Positions 1-10,713 of a DNA stretch of 64,000 nt are shown piece after piece. The translations under genes and the position numbers were made by a program. Numbering within the stretch: position 1 is the stretch's first letter; each line of letters begins with the position of its first letter. A model generated the notes under the pieces. That model was not told where the DNA came from and searched no databases. It was given only the letters and a program-made list of their open reading frames with translations. Origin of the DNA: an uncultured Chloroflexia bacterium (lineage in GTDB: Bacteria; Chloroflexota; Anaerolineae; CG2-30-64-16); contig CAVZDU010000007.1 of NCBI GenBank assembly GCA_963774265.1, positions 416,001 through 480,000 of the forward strand, written 5' to 3'.

Positions 1-950
1 GACAGTGGGGGACGGGATCCATCTCGTCAAGCTGGACCACGGCTGCCGGCGCTTCGTCGATGGTTTCGAGTCCGACACGCAGCGGCCCTGCGTCACCCTG
101 CGCGAATTGGATGGCGGTGGCGAGCTGGCGGTGATCTATCAGACCGACGACCCGCGCATCGACGAGCTCATGCTTCAGCCCCCGGAATTCACCTCCCTCA
201 CGAATCGCCGCGGCGTCACGCTGCGGGGCATGACCTACAAGCCGGATCCGAGTCGCTTTGGGAGGGGACCGTACCCAACCATCGTGGATGTCTACGGCGG
301 CCCACATGCCCAGCGCGTGATGCAGGCCTGGCGCAGCACGGTCAACATGCGCGCCCAATATCTGGCCAGCCTGGGCTTCCTCGTGTTCAGCCTGGACAAC
401 CAGGGCAGCGCCAATCGCGGGCTCGAGTTTGAGTCAGCGATCCGCTGGGACATGGGTCATGCCGAGGTGGACGATCAGGTTGACGGAGTGCGCTGGCTGA
501 TCGAGGCGGGATTGGCCGACCCGGGCCGCGTGGGTGTGTATGGCTGGAGTTACGGCGGGTACATGGCGCTCATGTGCCTTGCGCGTGCGCCCGGGGTGTT
601 TCGCGTAGCCGTGGCCGGCGCACCCGTGACGTCCTGGGCCGGCTATGACACGCATTACACCGAGCGGTACATGGGACTGCCCTCTGAAAACACGAATGGC
701 TATGCGATAAGCAGTGTCATAGTTCACGTCGCTCATATCAAGGGTAAGCTGCTCCTCGTCCACGGGCTCATCGACGAAAATGTCCACTTTCGCCACACAG
801 CGCGTTTGATCAATGCGCTCACCCGCGCGCGTTCCGTACGAATTGATGCTCTTCCCTAACGAGCGCCACATGCCGCGGCGCCTGGAAGATAGGGTTTTCA
901 TGGAGGAGCGCATCCGGGATTTCTTCATCCAGAACCTGAAAGGATCCTGA
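1..950 (+). CDS. S9 family serine peptidase (dipeptidyl peptidase IV-like), 5'-truncated, frameshift near 830
   Basis: VYGGPH, GWSYGG nucleophile motif, [10 protein letters not shown]. After the shift the frame continues [13 protein letters not shown]...IQNLKGS* to 950. Confidence 0.9.
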
Positions 951-951
951 C

Positions 952-1419
952 ATGGTGGAAACGGTCACCCTGCGCGAGATCACCGAAAAAACGGTCAGGC
1001 CCGTCTGCCGGCTGAGTGAAACGTTGTCCCCCAGCCACAAGAAGATGGTGGCGGACAACGCTGTGTCGATTGCCGAGGCGCACTATTCTCCCTATGCGTG
1101 GTACCGCGCCATCTACGCGGACGAGACCCCGGTGGGCTTCATCATGATCTATATTGGGCCGGAAGACGAAGAGCATGGCAAGCTGGACACGGTTTATTTT
1201 CTTTGGCGGCTGATGGTGGCGGGGCCGCACCAGGGCAAGGGATACGGCCGTCGCGCGGTCGAGCTGTTGATGGAGAAAGTCAAGACGGAGGGCGCAACCG
1301 AGTTGCTGGTCAGTTGTGGAGAAGGGGAAGGCAGCCCCGAGGGGTTTTATCGGACGCTGGGGTTCGAACGGACGGGCGACGTGCTCGACGATGAGGTTGT
1401 CATGAAACGGAGCCTGTAG
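952..1419 (+). CDS. GNAT N-acetyltransferase (spermidine acetyltransferase/BltD-like)
   Basis: VADNAVSIAEA, LWRLMV, QGKGYG acetyl-CoA motif, FYRTLGF. Confidence 0.85.
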   Translation: MVETVTLREITEKTVRPVCRLSETLSPSHKKMVADNAVSIAEAHYSPYAWYRAIYADETPVGFIMIYIGPEDEEHGKLDTVYFLWRLMVAGPHQGKGYGRRAVELLMEKVKTEGATELLVSCGEGEGSPEGFYRTLGFERTGDVLDDEVVMKRSL

Positions 1420-1554
1420 AACGTGGAGGCTCAGAGCGTCCGCGTATTTGTAAACTCAAATGTATCCCAAGTGCTGTGGTGGGAACCCGGATCACAATAT
1501 CCTACGGAGAAACATGAGAGACTCACGCTATCACGTAGAGAGTAGGAGTGATCG

Positions 1555-1713
1555 ATGAGATACGGGCACTATACGACAAGAGCAACCGCTAAGGCGATCG
1601 CCATCGAGCGCGAACCCCAGGCCAGCAGCGCACACCGCGCCTGGCTTCTGAAGCTGGTTCTGCTGCTCTCGGGCGTCCTGGTCTTCGTGTTGGCCGGGAC
1701 CTATCCGGCCTGA
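1555..1713 (+). CDS. putative 52-aa small membrane protein
   Basis: AGGAG RBS, ATG at 1555, MRYGHYTTRATAKAIAIEREPQASSAHRAWLLKLVLLLSGVLVFVLAGTYPA* with one C-terminal hydrophobic helix. Confidence 0.45.
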   Translation: MRYGHYTTRATAKAIAIEREPQASSAHRAWLLKLVLLLSGVLVFVLAGTYPA

Positions 1714-1858
1714 GCTGAGCAAGTCTTTAGTAAGATGCTGACACTTGTGCAATCGTGCGAGTGCCAGCGCTTCCAACTCATCCTCTGGCGGCATCGCCAA
1801 CACTTCTCTATCTCAGTCACTACTGCGTTTTGCGTCACCTGCACTATAATTGAGCTAT

Positions 1859-3213
1859 ATGAGCACATTGGTGACAGTTGCTGACAGCCTCCCGCGCGAC
1901 CTGGGGAATGGGTTGATCCTGCGTCTCTCGACCCGCGTGGACGCGGAGGCGCTCGCCGAGTTCAACAGGTGGGTGCACCGCGATCCCGGCGTCGCGGAGC
2001 CGGACGAGGGGACCGCGGAGTGGACACGCGAGCTGCTGGGCGGCGGGCACCCGACGTTCGGCGAGCATGACTTTACGATCGTGGCTGAAAAGGCTACCGG
2101 CCGCATCGTCTCCACCCTCAACCTGATCTCGCAGACCTGGACCTATGGCGGCATCCCGTTCGGAGTTGGCCGCGTGGAGCTGGTGGGCACCGGGCCCGAG
2201 TATCGCCAGCGCGGCCTGGTTCGTCTCCAATTTGATGTCGTGCACCAGTTGAGCGCGGAGCGCGGCGAGCAGGTGCAGGCGATCACGGGCATCCCTTACT
2301 ACTACCGGCAGTTCGGCTACGAAATGGCCATGGACCTGAGCGGCGGCCACATCGGCTACGTGACGTCCATCCCCGCGTCAAAGAGGGGCAGGCAGAGCCG
2401 TGCGTCCTCCGGCAGGTGGTCGCCGAAGATCTCGACTTTGTGCTCGAGCTCGAACGGATTTCGGCTCGGCGCTCGCTGGTGCATGCGCCGCGCACTGCCC
2501 CCCTGTGGCGTTACGAGATCTTCGAGCGCCGGGCGGGCGACGGTCAGCGGCTCGAATGGCGCATCGTGCAGACTGGGGGCGGCCAGCCGATCGGCATGCT
2601 CGGTTTTAGCCCCGCGCCCTGGGGCGGCAGCCGGCTCCCGGTGCTCTGGCTCGAGCTCGCGGACGGATGGTCCTACGTGGAAACTGCGGCCAGCCTCCTG
2701 CGCGGCCTGCGGGTCGAAGGCGAGGCCGTGATGGCGGCCAGGGGCAAGACCCTGTCCGGGCTCCAGTTTCAACTGGGCGAGCACCACCCTGCCTACGAGG
2801 CGAACCAGGAGCGCCTGCCGCACGTCCGCGCCGCTTACGCGTGGTATCTGCGCGTGCCAGACCTGCCTGGCTTCCTTCGTACGATCGCACCCGCGCTTGA
2901 AGAGCGCCTCGCGGGGACGTACGCGGCAGGCCACTCGGGCGAGCTGAAGCTCAGCTTCTACCGCTCGGGCCTACGCATCGTCCTGGAGCGCGGCCGGTTC
3001 GTAGCGATCGAGCCCTGGACGCCGGTAGCGGCGCAGGATGAGGGAAATGCAGCCTTCCCGGACCTGACCTTTCTGCAACTGCTCTTCGGCTACCGGACAT
3101 TCGCGGAGCTGAGGCACGCGTGTCCAGATGCTTGGGCCGCTGATGATGAGGCGCGCGGGCTATTGACCGCGCTCTTCCCGCGCCGCTACTCGCGCTTCAT
3201 CCCGATTTCATAA
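1859..3213 (+). CDS. GNAT family acetyltransferase (Eis-like, multi-domain), frameshift near 2378
   Basis: ELVGTGPEYRQRGLVR, GIPYYYRQFGYE. ORFs 1850-2731 and 2416-3213 join if one base is restored. Confidence 0.8.
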
Positions 3214-3225
3214 GGAGGTGACACA

Positions 3226-4200
3226 GTGAAGTATCGGAGGTTTGGCCGGACCGGCTGGCAGGTTTCCGAGATCGGCTACGGCATGTGGGGCATGGGTGGT
3301 TGGACCGGGTCGGATGACGCCGAGTCGTTGGCGGCCCTCCAGGACGCTCTCGGCCTGGGGTGCAATTTCTATGACACTGCTTGGGGCTATGGTGCGGGAC
3401 ACAGCGAAGGGTTGCTTGGGCAGCTTGTCCGCGCGAACCCTGGCAGGAAGTTCTATACGGCGACCAAGATCCCGCCGAAGAACTTCAAGTGGCCGTCGCG
3501 GCGGGAGTTCTCAGTTGACGATTGCTTCCCACCCGATCACATCGAGCAGTACGTGCATTCGAGCCTCCAAAATGCGGCGATCGAATCATTCGACCTGATG
3601 CAGTTCCACACGTGGGAGGATGCCTGGATTCGCGACGCACGAGTGGCGAAGACGATGGATGATCTCAAGCGGCAAGGGCTTGTGCACGCCTGGGGGATCA
3701 GCATCAACCGCTGGGAGCCGTGGAACGGGGTCGAGACGGTGCGTAGCGGCCTGATCGACTCGGTGCAGGTGATCTACAACATCTTTGACCAGAATCCTGA
3801 CGACGAGCTGTTCCCTGCCTGCCAGGAGAACGACGTCGCGGTGATTGCCCGTGTGCCTTTTGACGAGGGCACGCTCACCGGGACGCTCACCGTGGACAGC
3901 AAGTGGCCCGAAGGTGACTGGCGCAACACCTATTTCGTGCCCGACAACCTGATACCCAGCGTCAAACGTGGTGATGCGTTGAAGCCGATCGCCGCAGGCG
4001 CAGGCTTGACCATGCCCGAAATGACCTTGCGGTTCATCCTAAACCACCCGGCGGTGAGCACGATCATCCCTGGGATGCGCAAATTGCATCACGTGGAAAC
4101 GAACATCGCGGCCAGCGATGCTGGTCCGCTACCTGCCGATCTTCACGCCCGGTTGCGAGACCACCGGTGGGACCGCCAGCCGACAAAGTGGTCGCAGTAG
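3226..4200 (+). CDS. aldo/keto reductase
   Basis: YRRFGRTGWQVSEIGYG, DTAWGYG, ATK, QVIYNIFDQ, IPGMRK; GGAGG RBS. Confidence 0.95.
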   Translation: MKYRRFGRTGWQVSEIGYGMWGMGGWTGSDDAESLAALQDALGLGCNFYDTAWGYGAGHSEGLLGQLVRANPGRKFYTATKIPPKNFKWPSRREFSVDDCFPPDHIEQYVHSSLQNAAIESFDLMQFHTWEDAWIRDARVAKTMDDLKRQGLVHAWGISINRWEPWNGVETVRSGLIDSVQVIYNIFDQNPDDELFPACQENDVAVIARVPFDEGTLTGTLTVDSKWPEGDWRNTYFVPDNLIPSVKRGDALKPIAAGAGLTMPEMTLRFILNHPAVSTIIPGMRKLHHVETNIAASDAGPLPADLHARLRDHRWDRQPTKWSQ

Positions 4201-4211
4201 CGACGCGATGA

Positions 4212-4242
4212 GGTGCCGGGCACTTCGCAAGTGCCCGACACC
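4212..4242. repeat. REP-like palindrome GGTGCCGGGCACTT-N-AAGTGCCCGGCACC, copy 1
   Basis: Same hairpin recurs at 22070, 22366, 31778-31866, 59592 and 63791. Confidence 0.85.
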
Positions 4243-4253
4243 GGGGGCATACC

Positions 4254-5510
4254 TAGGGCAATCGCATCTTAATTGCCCTGACCAAAGAGCACTTTGAGCA
4301 AGTAGGGCTCATCCCAGCCAGCTTTGAGACGCTTGGCCTTGATGCCGGCCTTGACACTTTTTTCCTGTTTGAGCAGGTTGAGGGCAATGTGCCGGAGAAC
4401 AGCGAAGTTGGCCGGGCCGTTGTCCTTGCGCACCCGCTGGTGATCTTCATCGAAGCCGATGTCGAGCACCCAGTGCAACCCGTTTTCGATGCCCCAATGG
4501 CTACGCAGCGCCTTGAGCATGCGCCGGGCATCGCCGTCCAGGCTGGAGATGAAGTACCGGGTCTCGATCGTCGTCTCGCCCGGCATTCGGCGCTCGGCGA
4601 CGACCTTGACGATCGTGTGGAGGTTGCGCCACCCAGCCCGGTTGCGCAAGTAGCTCACCAGACTGCCATCCGAGATGGTCCAACACTGACGGATTTCGAG
4701 GCGGCCATGCGCCTTGTCCGTCGTCTTGTGGTAATCGTGCGGGACGTCCTGGAAGTTCACTTCTTGAGCTCCCGCAAACAGTGCGTGGATGTCTTCGTAG
4801 AGATGGCCCTGGTTCTTCTTAACCACCAGCACGTAGTCGGCATCCTGTTCGACAATCGCCTGGGTGATCTCGGTCTGGCAGCCGATGGCGTTGATCGTCA
4901 CGATGCAGCCGGCGATTTCCAGCACCTGCAGCAGCTTGGGGATGGCCGTGATCTCATTGGACTTGTCGTCCACCTTGACCTGCCCAAGCACCAGATGATT
5001 GGCCGTCGCCCAGGCGCTGACCATGGCGATGCCCGCCTTGCCGAGCAGGCGGTTGCAGGAACCACGCAGCACTTTACCATCAATCGCAATGACTTGGCCG
5101 CGGGTCACCTGGCTCACGGCCTGAATCCATTCCAGAAAACACTGCTGGAACTGCTCGGTATTCAGCCGAGCAAACACTCGCCCGAAGGTGTCATGTGACG
5201 GGATGCCGTTGGGTAGTTCCAGGAACGTCCGTAGCCATGTCAGCTTGGCGTTCCCGAACAACTCCACCTCGACCCAGTCATCGGCGCCACACAGGATGGC
5301 GCAGATCGCAATGATGATGATGTCGAGCAGTTGATGGCGCTTCGTCCGGTCGATCCGGGGATCTGCCAGGCTCGCAAAGTGCTCGCTGATCGCTGCGGTA
5401 GGCTCGTCGTTCATGGGCTACCCTCCTGACCACTCAAGGATAGCCCATTCCGCCTGCCGCGTCTACCATCCAAGCAAACAATATGATATTTATTAGATGC
5501 GTACGCCCTT
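4254..5510 (-). mobile_element. ISAs1 family insertion sequence
   Basis: Terminal inverted repeats TAGGGCAATCGCATC / AAGGGCGTACGCATC; 10-bp direct repeat GGGGCATACC at 4244-4253 and 5511-5520. Confidence 0.9.
4269..5414 (-). CDS. ISAs1 family transposase
   Basis: DPR, GIPSHDTFGRVF, IAIDGK, KSNEITAIP, HGRLEIR, RSHWGIENGLHWVLD. Confidence 0.97.
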   Translation of the reverse strand: MNDEPTAAISEHFASLADPRIDRTKRHQLLDIIIIAICAILCGADDWVEVELFGNAKLTWLRTFLELPNGIPSHDTFGRVFARLNTEQFQQCFLEWIQAVSQVTRGQVIAIDGKVLRGSCNRLLGKAGIAMVSAWATANHLVLGQVKVDDKSNEITAIPKLLQVLEIAGCIVTINAIGCQTEITQAIVEQDADYVLVVKKNQGHLYEDIHALFAGAQEVNFQDVPHDYHKTTDKAHGRLEIRQCWTISDGSLVSYLRNRAGWRNLHTIVKVVAERRMPGETTIETRYFISSLDGDARRMLKALRSHWGIENGLHWVLDIGFDEDHQRVRKDNGPANFAVLRHIALNLLKQEKSVKAGIKAKRLKAGWDEPYLLKVLFGQGN

Positions 5511-5544
5511 GGGGCATACCTTGGGCACCTTGAGCATCGTGAAT

Positions 5545-5572
5545 TTGACATCCCTATACCTTCTTGTATAAT
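5545..5572 (+). promoter_or_regulatory. sigma70 promoter TTGACA-N16-TATAAT
   Basis: Perfect consensus hexamers upstream of the lacI-family gene. Confidence 0.8.
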
Positions 5573-5587
5573 CCCCGCCAAGGGAAA

Positions 5588-5617
5588 CGATTTCATGGTA
5601 TCGGTACCATGAGATCG
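5588..5617. promoter_or_regulatory. LacI-family operator
   Basis: Palindrome CGATTTCATGGTATCGGTACCATGAGATCG with central CG, just downstream of the -10. Confidence 0.75.
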
Positions 5618-5672
5618 TGCACCCGACGAAGCCCAATTCTTTCCCATCCGTTCAGCCGCCCGAGGCAGAGTC

Positions 5673-6776
5673 GTGACTACCATCAGGGATGTGGCAAAAC
5701 GCGCCGGTGTCGCACCTGTGACCGTATCACGGGTGATGAACGATGCGCCCAACGTCAATGCCAAAACGCGGCAGCGGGTGGAGCAGGCGATCACCGAATT
5801 GGGATATGTGCCGAACGTGGCGGCGCGCAGCCTTCGCTCGAAGCGCACCCGTTCATTGGCTTTTGTTGTCCCCGATATCACCAATGCCTTTTGGACCACC
5901 GTAGCCCGCGGGGTGGAAGACGCCGCGCAAAGTCACGGCTACTCCGTGCTTCTCTGTAACACCGACGAAGACCTCGTCAAGCAGCAGCGCTATCTTGATG
6001 TCATCGTCAGCCAGCGAGTGGACGGCATCATCATTGCACCGTGTAACACCGATGCAGATCAGCTGGCGCCACTGCGAGATCACGACATTGCTACGGTCGT
6101 GATCGACCGGCGCATCGAGGGCTGGGATGTGGACACCGTGTACGGTGACTCGCTCTCAGGCGCGTATGCGCTCACGAAGCACTTGATCGGCCTGGGCCAC
6201 ACTCGTATCGCCATGCTGTCGGGGCCGTTGGGCGCGCCAACGGCTGAGGATCGCATCGCAGGATACCGGCTCGCCCTTCAGGAGGCCGGCATCGCGCACG
6301 ACGAGCGCCTGATCCGTCGCGGGGGCTTCAGCATGCCCGCCGGCCGCGAATTGATCGGGCAGCTCCTCGATGAGGGCTTGGCGCCCACGGCGATCTTCGC
6401 GGCCAACAACTCGATCGCGTTGGGAGTGGTGGAGGCGATTGGGGCGCGCGGGTTGCGCATCCCTGCCGACATGGCATTGGTGTGCTTTGACGACTACCCA
6501 TACATTGCCAGCTTTTTTCCCTTTCTGACGATCATTGCGCAACCGGCCTACGACATGGGCAGCGAAGCAGCGCAGTTGTTGCTGCACCGGTTGGAGGCGT
6601 CAGGTCCGCTGGAACCCCGGCGCGTGGTTCTCCCGGTGCGCATGATCATTCGCCACTCTTGCGGCAGCACAATGGGGTCTGGCGGGGGGTGTCCGCTCAA
6701 CCTCCCCCTGAAGGATCTGCGCGAGGCGAAGGACGTGCTTGTAGAGTCGATGGTTCCAGACACGTTCGCCGTATAA
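5673..6776 (+). CDS. LacI family transcriptional regulator
   Basis: TIRDVAKRAGVAPVTVSRVMN HTH, ELGYVPN..ARSL, sugar-binding domain. Confidence 0.97.
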   Translation: MTTIRDVAKRAGVAPVTVSRVMNDAPNVNAKTRQRVEQAITELGYVPNVAARSLRSKRTRSLAFVVPDITNAFWTTVARGVEDAAQSHGYSVLLCNTDEDLVKQQRYLDVIVSQRVDGIIIAPCNTDADQLAPLRDHDIATVVIDRRIEGWDVDTVYGDSLSGAYALTKHLIGLGHTRIAMLSGPLGAPTAEDRIAGYRLALQEAGIAHDERLIRRGGFSMPAGRELIGQLLDEGLAPTAIFAANNSIALGVVEAIGARGLRIPADMALVCFDDYPYIASFFPFLTIIAQPAYDMGSEAAQLLLHRLEASGPLEPRRVVLPVRMIIRHSCGSTMGSGGGCPLNLPLKDLREAKDVLVESMVPDTFAV

Positions 6777-6894
6777 CCAGTTCCTTTAAGACGCGATCCC
6801 ACCGCACGGTTTAGCGTTTTGACGGATGCGGTGCGAAAATACGCTCGGCATAGAGTGGGCAGCCGGGCCACCTGGGTGGAGAGGGAGACGGACC

Positions 6895-8433
6895 ATGGGT
6901 GAAGTCCTTGTCCAAATGGAGGGCATCGAGAAGAGCTTCCCAGGCGTTCACGCGCTTAGCGACGCATGCTTCGAGCTGCGCTCGGGCGAGGTGCACGCGC
7001 TGGTGGGTGAAAACGGCGCGGGCAAATCGACGCTGATGAAAATCCTGGCAGGCGTATACTCCAAGGACGCGGGACGCATCGTCTACAAAGGCCGCGAGGT
7101 CCAGATTCCTAACCCCAGGGCGGCGCAAAACCTGGGGATCAGCATGATCCACCAGGAACTCAACCTGATGCCGCATTTGACCGTCGCTCAGAACATCTTC
7201 ATCGGGCGTGAACCGCGTGCTCGCACCAGGCTTTTGTTGGACGAAGGAAAGCTCAACGAACAAGCCAAGCAATTGTTCGAAACGATGCACCTGAAGATTG
7301 ATCCGCGTGCGAAGGTGGCGGATCTTTCGGTGGCCAAACAGCAGATGGTCGAGATCGCCAAAGCACTGTCCTTCAATTCCGATGTCTTGATCATGGACGA
7401 GCCGACGGCAGCGCTCACTGAAACCGAGATCGAAGAGCTTTTCCGCATCGGCCGGCAGCTACGCGAGAAAGGCGTGGGCATCGTCCACATCTCCCATCGG
7501 TTGGAGGAGCTGAAGCAGATCTCCGATCGCATCACCGTGATGCGCGATAGCCGCACCATCGACACCATCGCGACCCAAGATGCCACCATCGACCAGATCA
7601 TTGGTATGATGGTGGGCCGCACGATCTACGAATCCACGCCCGAGCTGCCCGAGGTGCCCAGTCAGGAGATTGCGCTCGAGGTGCGCAACCTGAACCGGGG
7701 CACCGTGATCAAAGACGTCAATTTCCAACTCAGGAAGGGAGAAATCCTGGGCCTGGCCGGGCTGGTGGGCGCGGGGCGGACGGAGGTTGCACGGGCCATC
7801 TTTGGCGCGGATCCCATCGACTCGGGTGAGGTGCTGGTCAAGGGCAAGAAGACCCACATCGGCTCGCCCCACGACGCGGTGGCCGCGGGCATCGCCTATT
7901 TGTCCGAAGACCGTAAACGTTACGGCCTGGCGCTCGGCATGGACGTCGAATCGAATATCATACTGGCCACGTTCGGCAAGTTCCTGCGGACGCTGGGCTG
8001 GATCGACACGGCGCGCACCCGCGTAGTCGCGAAGGCGAGCGTTGAGTCACTGGCGATCAAGACGCCGAGTCTGGCGCAGCGGACCAAGAACCTGTCCGGC
8101 GGCAACCAGCAGAAGGTCATCGTCGGCAAATGGCTGACCGCAGACACCGACGTCCTGATCTTTGACGAGCCAACGCGCGGCATCGACGTCGGCGCCAAGA
8201 GCGAAATCTACAAGTTATTGAACGAATTGGCGCAGCAGGGTAAGGCTATCATGATGATTTCCTCGGAGCTGCCGGAGATCCTGCGTATGAGCCACCGCAT
8301 CCTGGTCATGTGTGAGGGCCGTATCACCGGCGAACTGAGCAGCGCCGAGGCGAACCAGGAACGCATTATGGCCTATGCCACACAGCGCGGGCAAGTCGTC
8401 GTCACCAACGGCGCAGCAGCCGTCAAGTCCTAA
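6895..8433 (+). CDS. monosaccharide ABC transporter ATP-binding protein (RbsA-like)
   Basis: [13 protein letters not shown] twice, LSGGNQQK. Confidence 0.96.
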   Translation: MGEVLVQMEGIEKSFPGVHALSDACFELRSGEVHALVGENGAGKSTLMKILAGVYSKDAGRIVYKGREVQIPNPRAAQNLGISMIHQELNLMPHLTVAQNIFIGREPRARTRLLLDEGKLNEQAKQLFETMHLKIDPRAKVADLSVAKQQMVEIAKALSFNSDVLIMDEPTAALTETEIEELFRIGRQLREKGVGIVHISHRLEELKQISDRITVMRDSRTIDTIATQDATIDQIIGMMVGRTIYESTPELPEVPSQEIALEVRNLNRGTVIKDVNFQLRKGEILGLAGLVGAGRTEVARAIFGADPIDSGEVLVKGKKTHIGSPHDAVAAGIAYLSEDRKRYGLALGMDVESNIILATFGKFLRTLGWIDTARTRVVAKASVESLAIKTPSLAQRTKNLSGGNQQKVIVGKWLTADTDVLIFDEPTRGIDVGAKSEIYKLLNELAQQGKAIMMISSELPEILRMSHRILVMCEGRITGELSSAEANQERIMAYATQRGQVVVTNGAAAVKS

Positions 8434-8449
8434 GCGAGGGTTGTCTGAC

Positions 8450-9460
8450 ATGGAAACCAAGATCGTCCAGTCCCAGCCGGTCAAGAAGACATCGATCTTA
8501 CGCTCCGACGCGGCGCAGCGTTTTCTAGCGTTCGGCGCACTCATCCTGATCTTCGTCGTTTTCCGGTTCCTATCGCCGTATTTCCTGACGGGCAGCAACA
8601 TCAGCGGCATCCTGATCGCCACTGCCGTCAACGGCGTCCTGGCTATCGGCGTGACGTTTGTGATTATCACCGCCGGGATCGATCTCTCCGTCGGCACGGT
8701 GATGACGTTGACGACGGTCATGATGGGAAAGGTTATCACGGATTGGGGTCTGCCGATCCCCATCGGGTTGTTGGTGGGGGTGGCGACGGGCGCACTGGCT
8801 GGGTTCATCAACGGCTTCCTGATCTCCAAGGCGAAGCTGCCGCCCTTCATCGCCACGCTGGGCATGCTGAACGTGGCGAAGGGCCTATCCCTCGTCATCA
8901 GCAAGGTGAAGCCGATTTACTTCGACTCCAATCCCGCATTCCAGAAGATCGCGATGGGGTCGCTGGTAAATCTGGACCGCTTCATCCCGGGCCTGGAGAT
9001 CAACAACGCGGTCCTGATTCTGTTCGGCGCAGCCATCGTCGCCAGCCTGATCCTCTCGAAGACGGTCCTCGGCCGCTACACCTTTGCCCTGGGCAGCAAC
9101 GAAGAGGCCGCTCGCCTGTCGGGCGTCAACGTCGATCGCTGGAAGATCGCGGTCTACTCGCTGACCGGCTTGTTTGCCGGCCTGGCGGGCATCATCATGG
9201 CTTCGCGCATCAACTCGGCACAGCCAGCGTTGGGCCAGGGGTACGAGCTCGATGCCATCGCCGCCGCCGTGATCGGCGGCACATCGCTAAGCGGCGGTGA
9301 GGGCACGATCCTCGGCACGATCATCGGCGCCTTCATCATCAGCACGATATCCAATGGGTTGCGCATCTGCTCGGTAAAGCCCGAGTGGCAGATCGTGGTG
9401 ACCGGCGTTATCATTGTGGGAGCCGTCTACCTGGATATCGCGCGGAGGCGCACCAACTAG
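8450..9460 (+). CDS. monosaccharide ABC transporter permease (RbsC-like)
   Basis: GIDLSVG, PPFIATLG, GSNEEAARLSG, ELDAIAAAVIGGTSLSGG. Confidence 0.95.
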   Translation: METKIVQSQPVKKTSILRSDAAQRFLAFGALILIFVVFRFLSPYFLTGSNISGILIATAVNGVLAIGVTFVIITAGIDLSVGTVMTLTTVMMGKVITDWGLPIPIGLLVGVATGALAGFINGFLISKAKLPPFIATLGMLNVAKGLSLVISKVKPIYFDSNPAFQKIAMGSLVNLDRFIPGLEINNAVLILFGAAIVASLILSKTVLGRYTFALGSNEEAARLSGVNVDRWKIAVYSLTGLFAGLAGIIMASRINSAQPALGQGYELDAIAAAVIGGTSLSGGEGTILGTIIGAFIISTISNGLRICSVKPEWQIVVTGVIIVGAVYLDIARRRTN

Positions 9461-9591
9461 CAAGTGTCGCATTCGCTGCGGCTCGGTCATCCCTAGGGGT
9501 CGCTCCGCGAAGATCGGCCGCAGCATCACTCTTTGGTCGTTAGCTCGCATTGAGCTCGACGGATAACACACTCAGGAAAAGGAGAAGCACC

Positions 9592-10621
9592 ATGCGTAAG
9601 GTAGTAGCTCTGTTCTCTGTCCTGGCGGTCGTGGCCCTGCTGGCCGGCTGCGCCCCCGCGGCGACGCCGGCGGCCAGCCAACCGGCAGCGACCACCGCAC
9701 CGGCCGCACCGGCCGCAGCGACCGCTGCACCGGCTGCGGCGACCACCGCCAAGCCGTACATCCCGGTCATCTCGAAGGGGTTCCAGCACCAGTTCTGGCA
9801 AGCTGTGAAGCTGGGCTCCGAGAAAGCCGCCAAGGAATTCAACGTCGACATCACGTTCGAAGGCCCTGGCAGCGAGGCCGAAGTCGACAAGCAGATCGAA
9901 ATGCTTCAGACCGCGCTCGACAAGAACCCGGCCGCGATCTGCTTCGCAGCGGTCGACTCGAAGGCAGCGATCCCGCTCCTCGAGAAGGCCAAGGCAGCCG
10001 AGCATCCCGGTGGTCGCCTTTGACTCTGGTGTGGACAGCGACATCCCCGTGTCCACCGCGACCACCGACAACGTGGCGGCTGCGGCTGCGGCTGCGGATC
10101 ACATGGCGACGTTGATTGGCGGCAAGGGTGAGGTCGCGGTTATCGCTCACGACCAGACCAGCCGCACCGGCATCGACCGCGTCAAGGGCTTCGTCGATCA
10201 GATCGCCGCGAAGTATCCTGACATCAAGGTCGTCAACGTGGATTACGGCGCGGGCGACGCGCTCAAGTCCACCGAGATCGTGAAGGCCGTCATCCAAGCC
10301 AACCCGAACCTGAAGGGCTACTTCGGCGCGAACGAAGGCTCGATGAAGGGCGTCATGAACGGCGTCAAGGAAACCGGCAAAGAAGGTAAGATCGTCATGA
10401 TCGGCTATGACGCCGGCAAGCAGCTCAAAGACGCGATCAAGGCCGGCACCGTTGCTGGCGCCATCAGCCAGGATCCGGTCGGCATTGGCTACAAGTGTGT
10501 TGAGGCCGCTGTGAAGGCGCTCAAGGGCGAAACACTGCCCAAGATCATCGACACCGGCTTCAAGTGGTATGACAAGACCAACATCGACTCGCCCGAGATG
10601 GCGCCGCTGTTGTACGATTGA
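9592..10621 (+). CDS. sugar ABC substrate-binding lipoprotein, frameshift near 10000
   Basis: LAGC lipobox, Ala/Pro/Thr linker, SKGFQHQFWQAV; continues IPVVAFDSGVDS...QDPVGIGY in ORF 10010-10621. Confidence 0.9.
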
Positions 10622-10649
10622 TCTGAATCGTACGACCTGAGACTGTGAG

Positions 10650-10686
10650 AAAGGGGCTGTCCATTGGTTTGGGCAGCCCCTTTTTT
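10650..10686 (+). terminator. intrinsic terminator
   Basis: AAAGGGGCTGTCC-loop-GGGCAGCCCC followed by T6. Confidence 0.85.
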
Positions 10687-10713
10687 CGAGGTCCGACCCA
10701 AAGGGGAGACACA

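Noticed and set aside
9650-9750. Repetitive GCACCGGCC DNA
   Set aside because: It encodes the ordinary Ala/Pro/Thr linker of the lipoprotein
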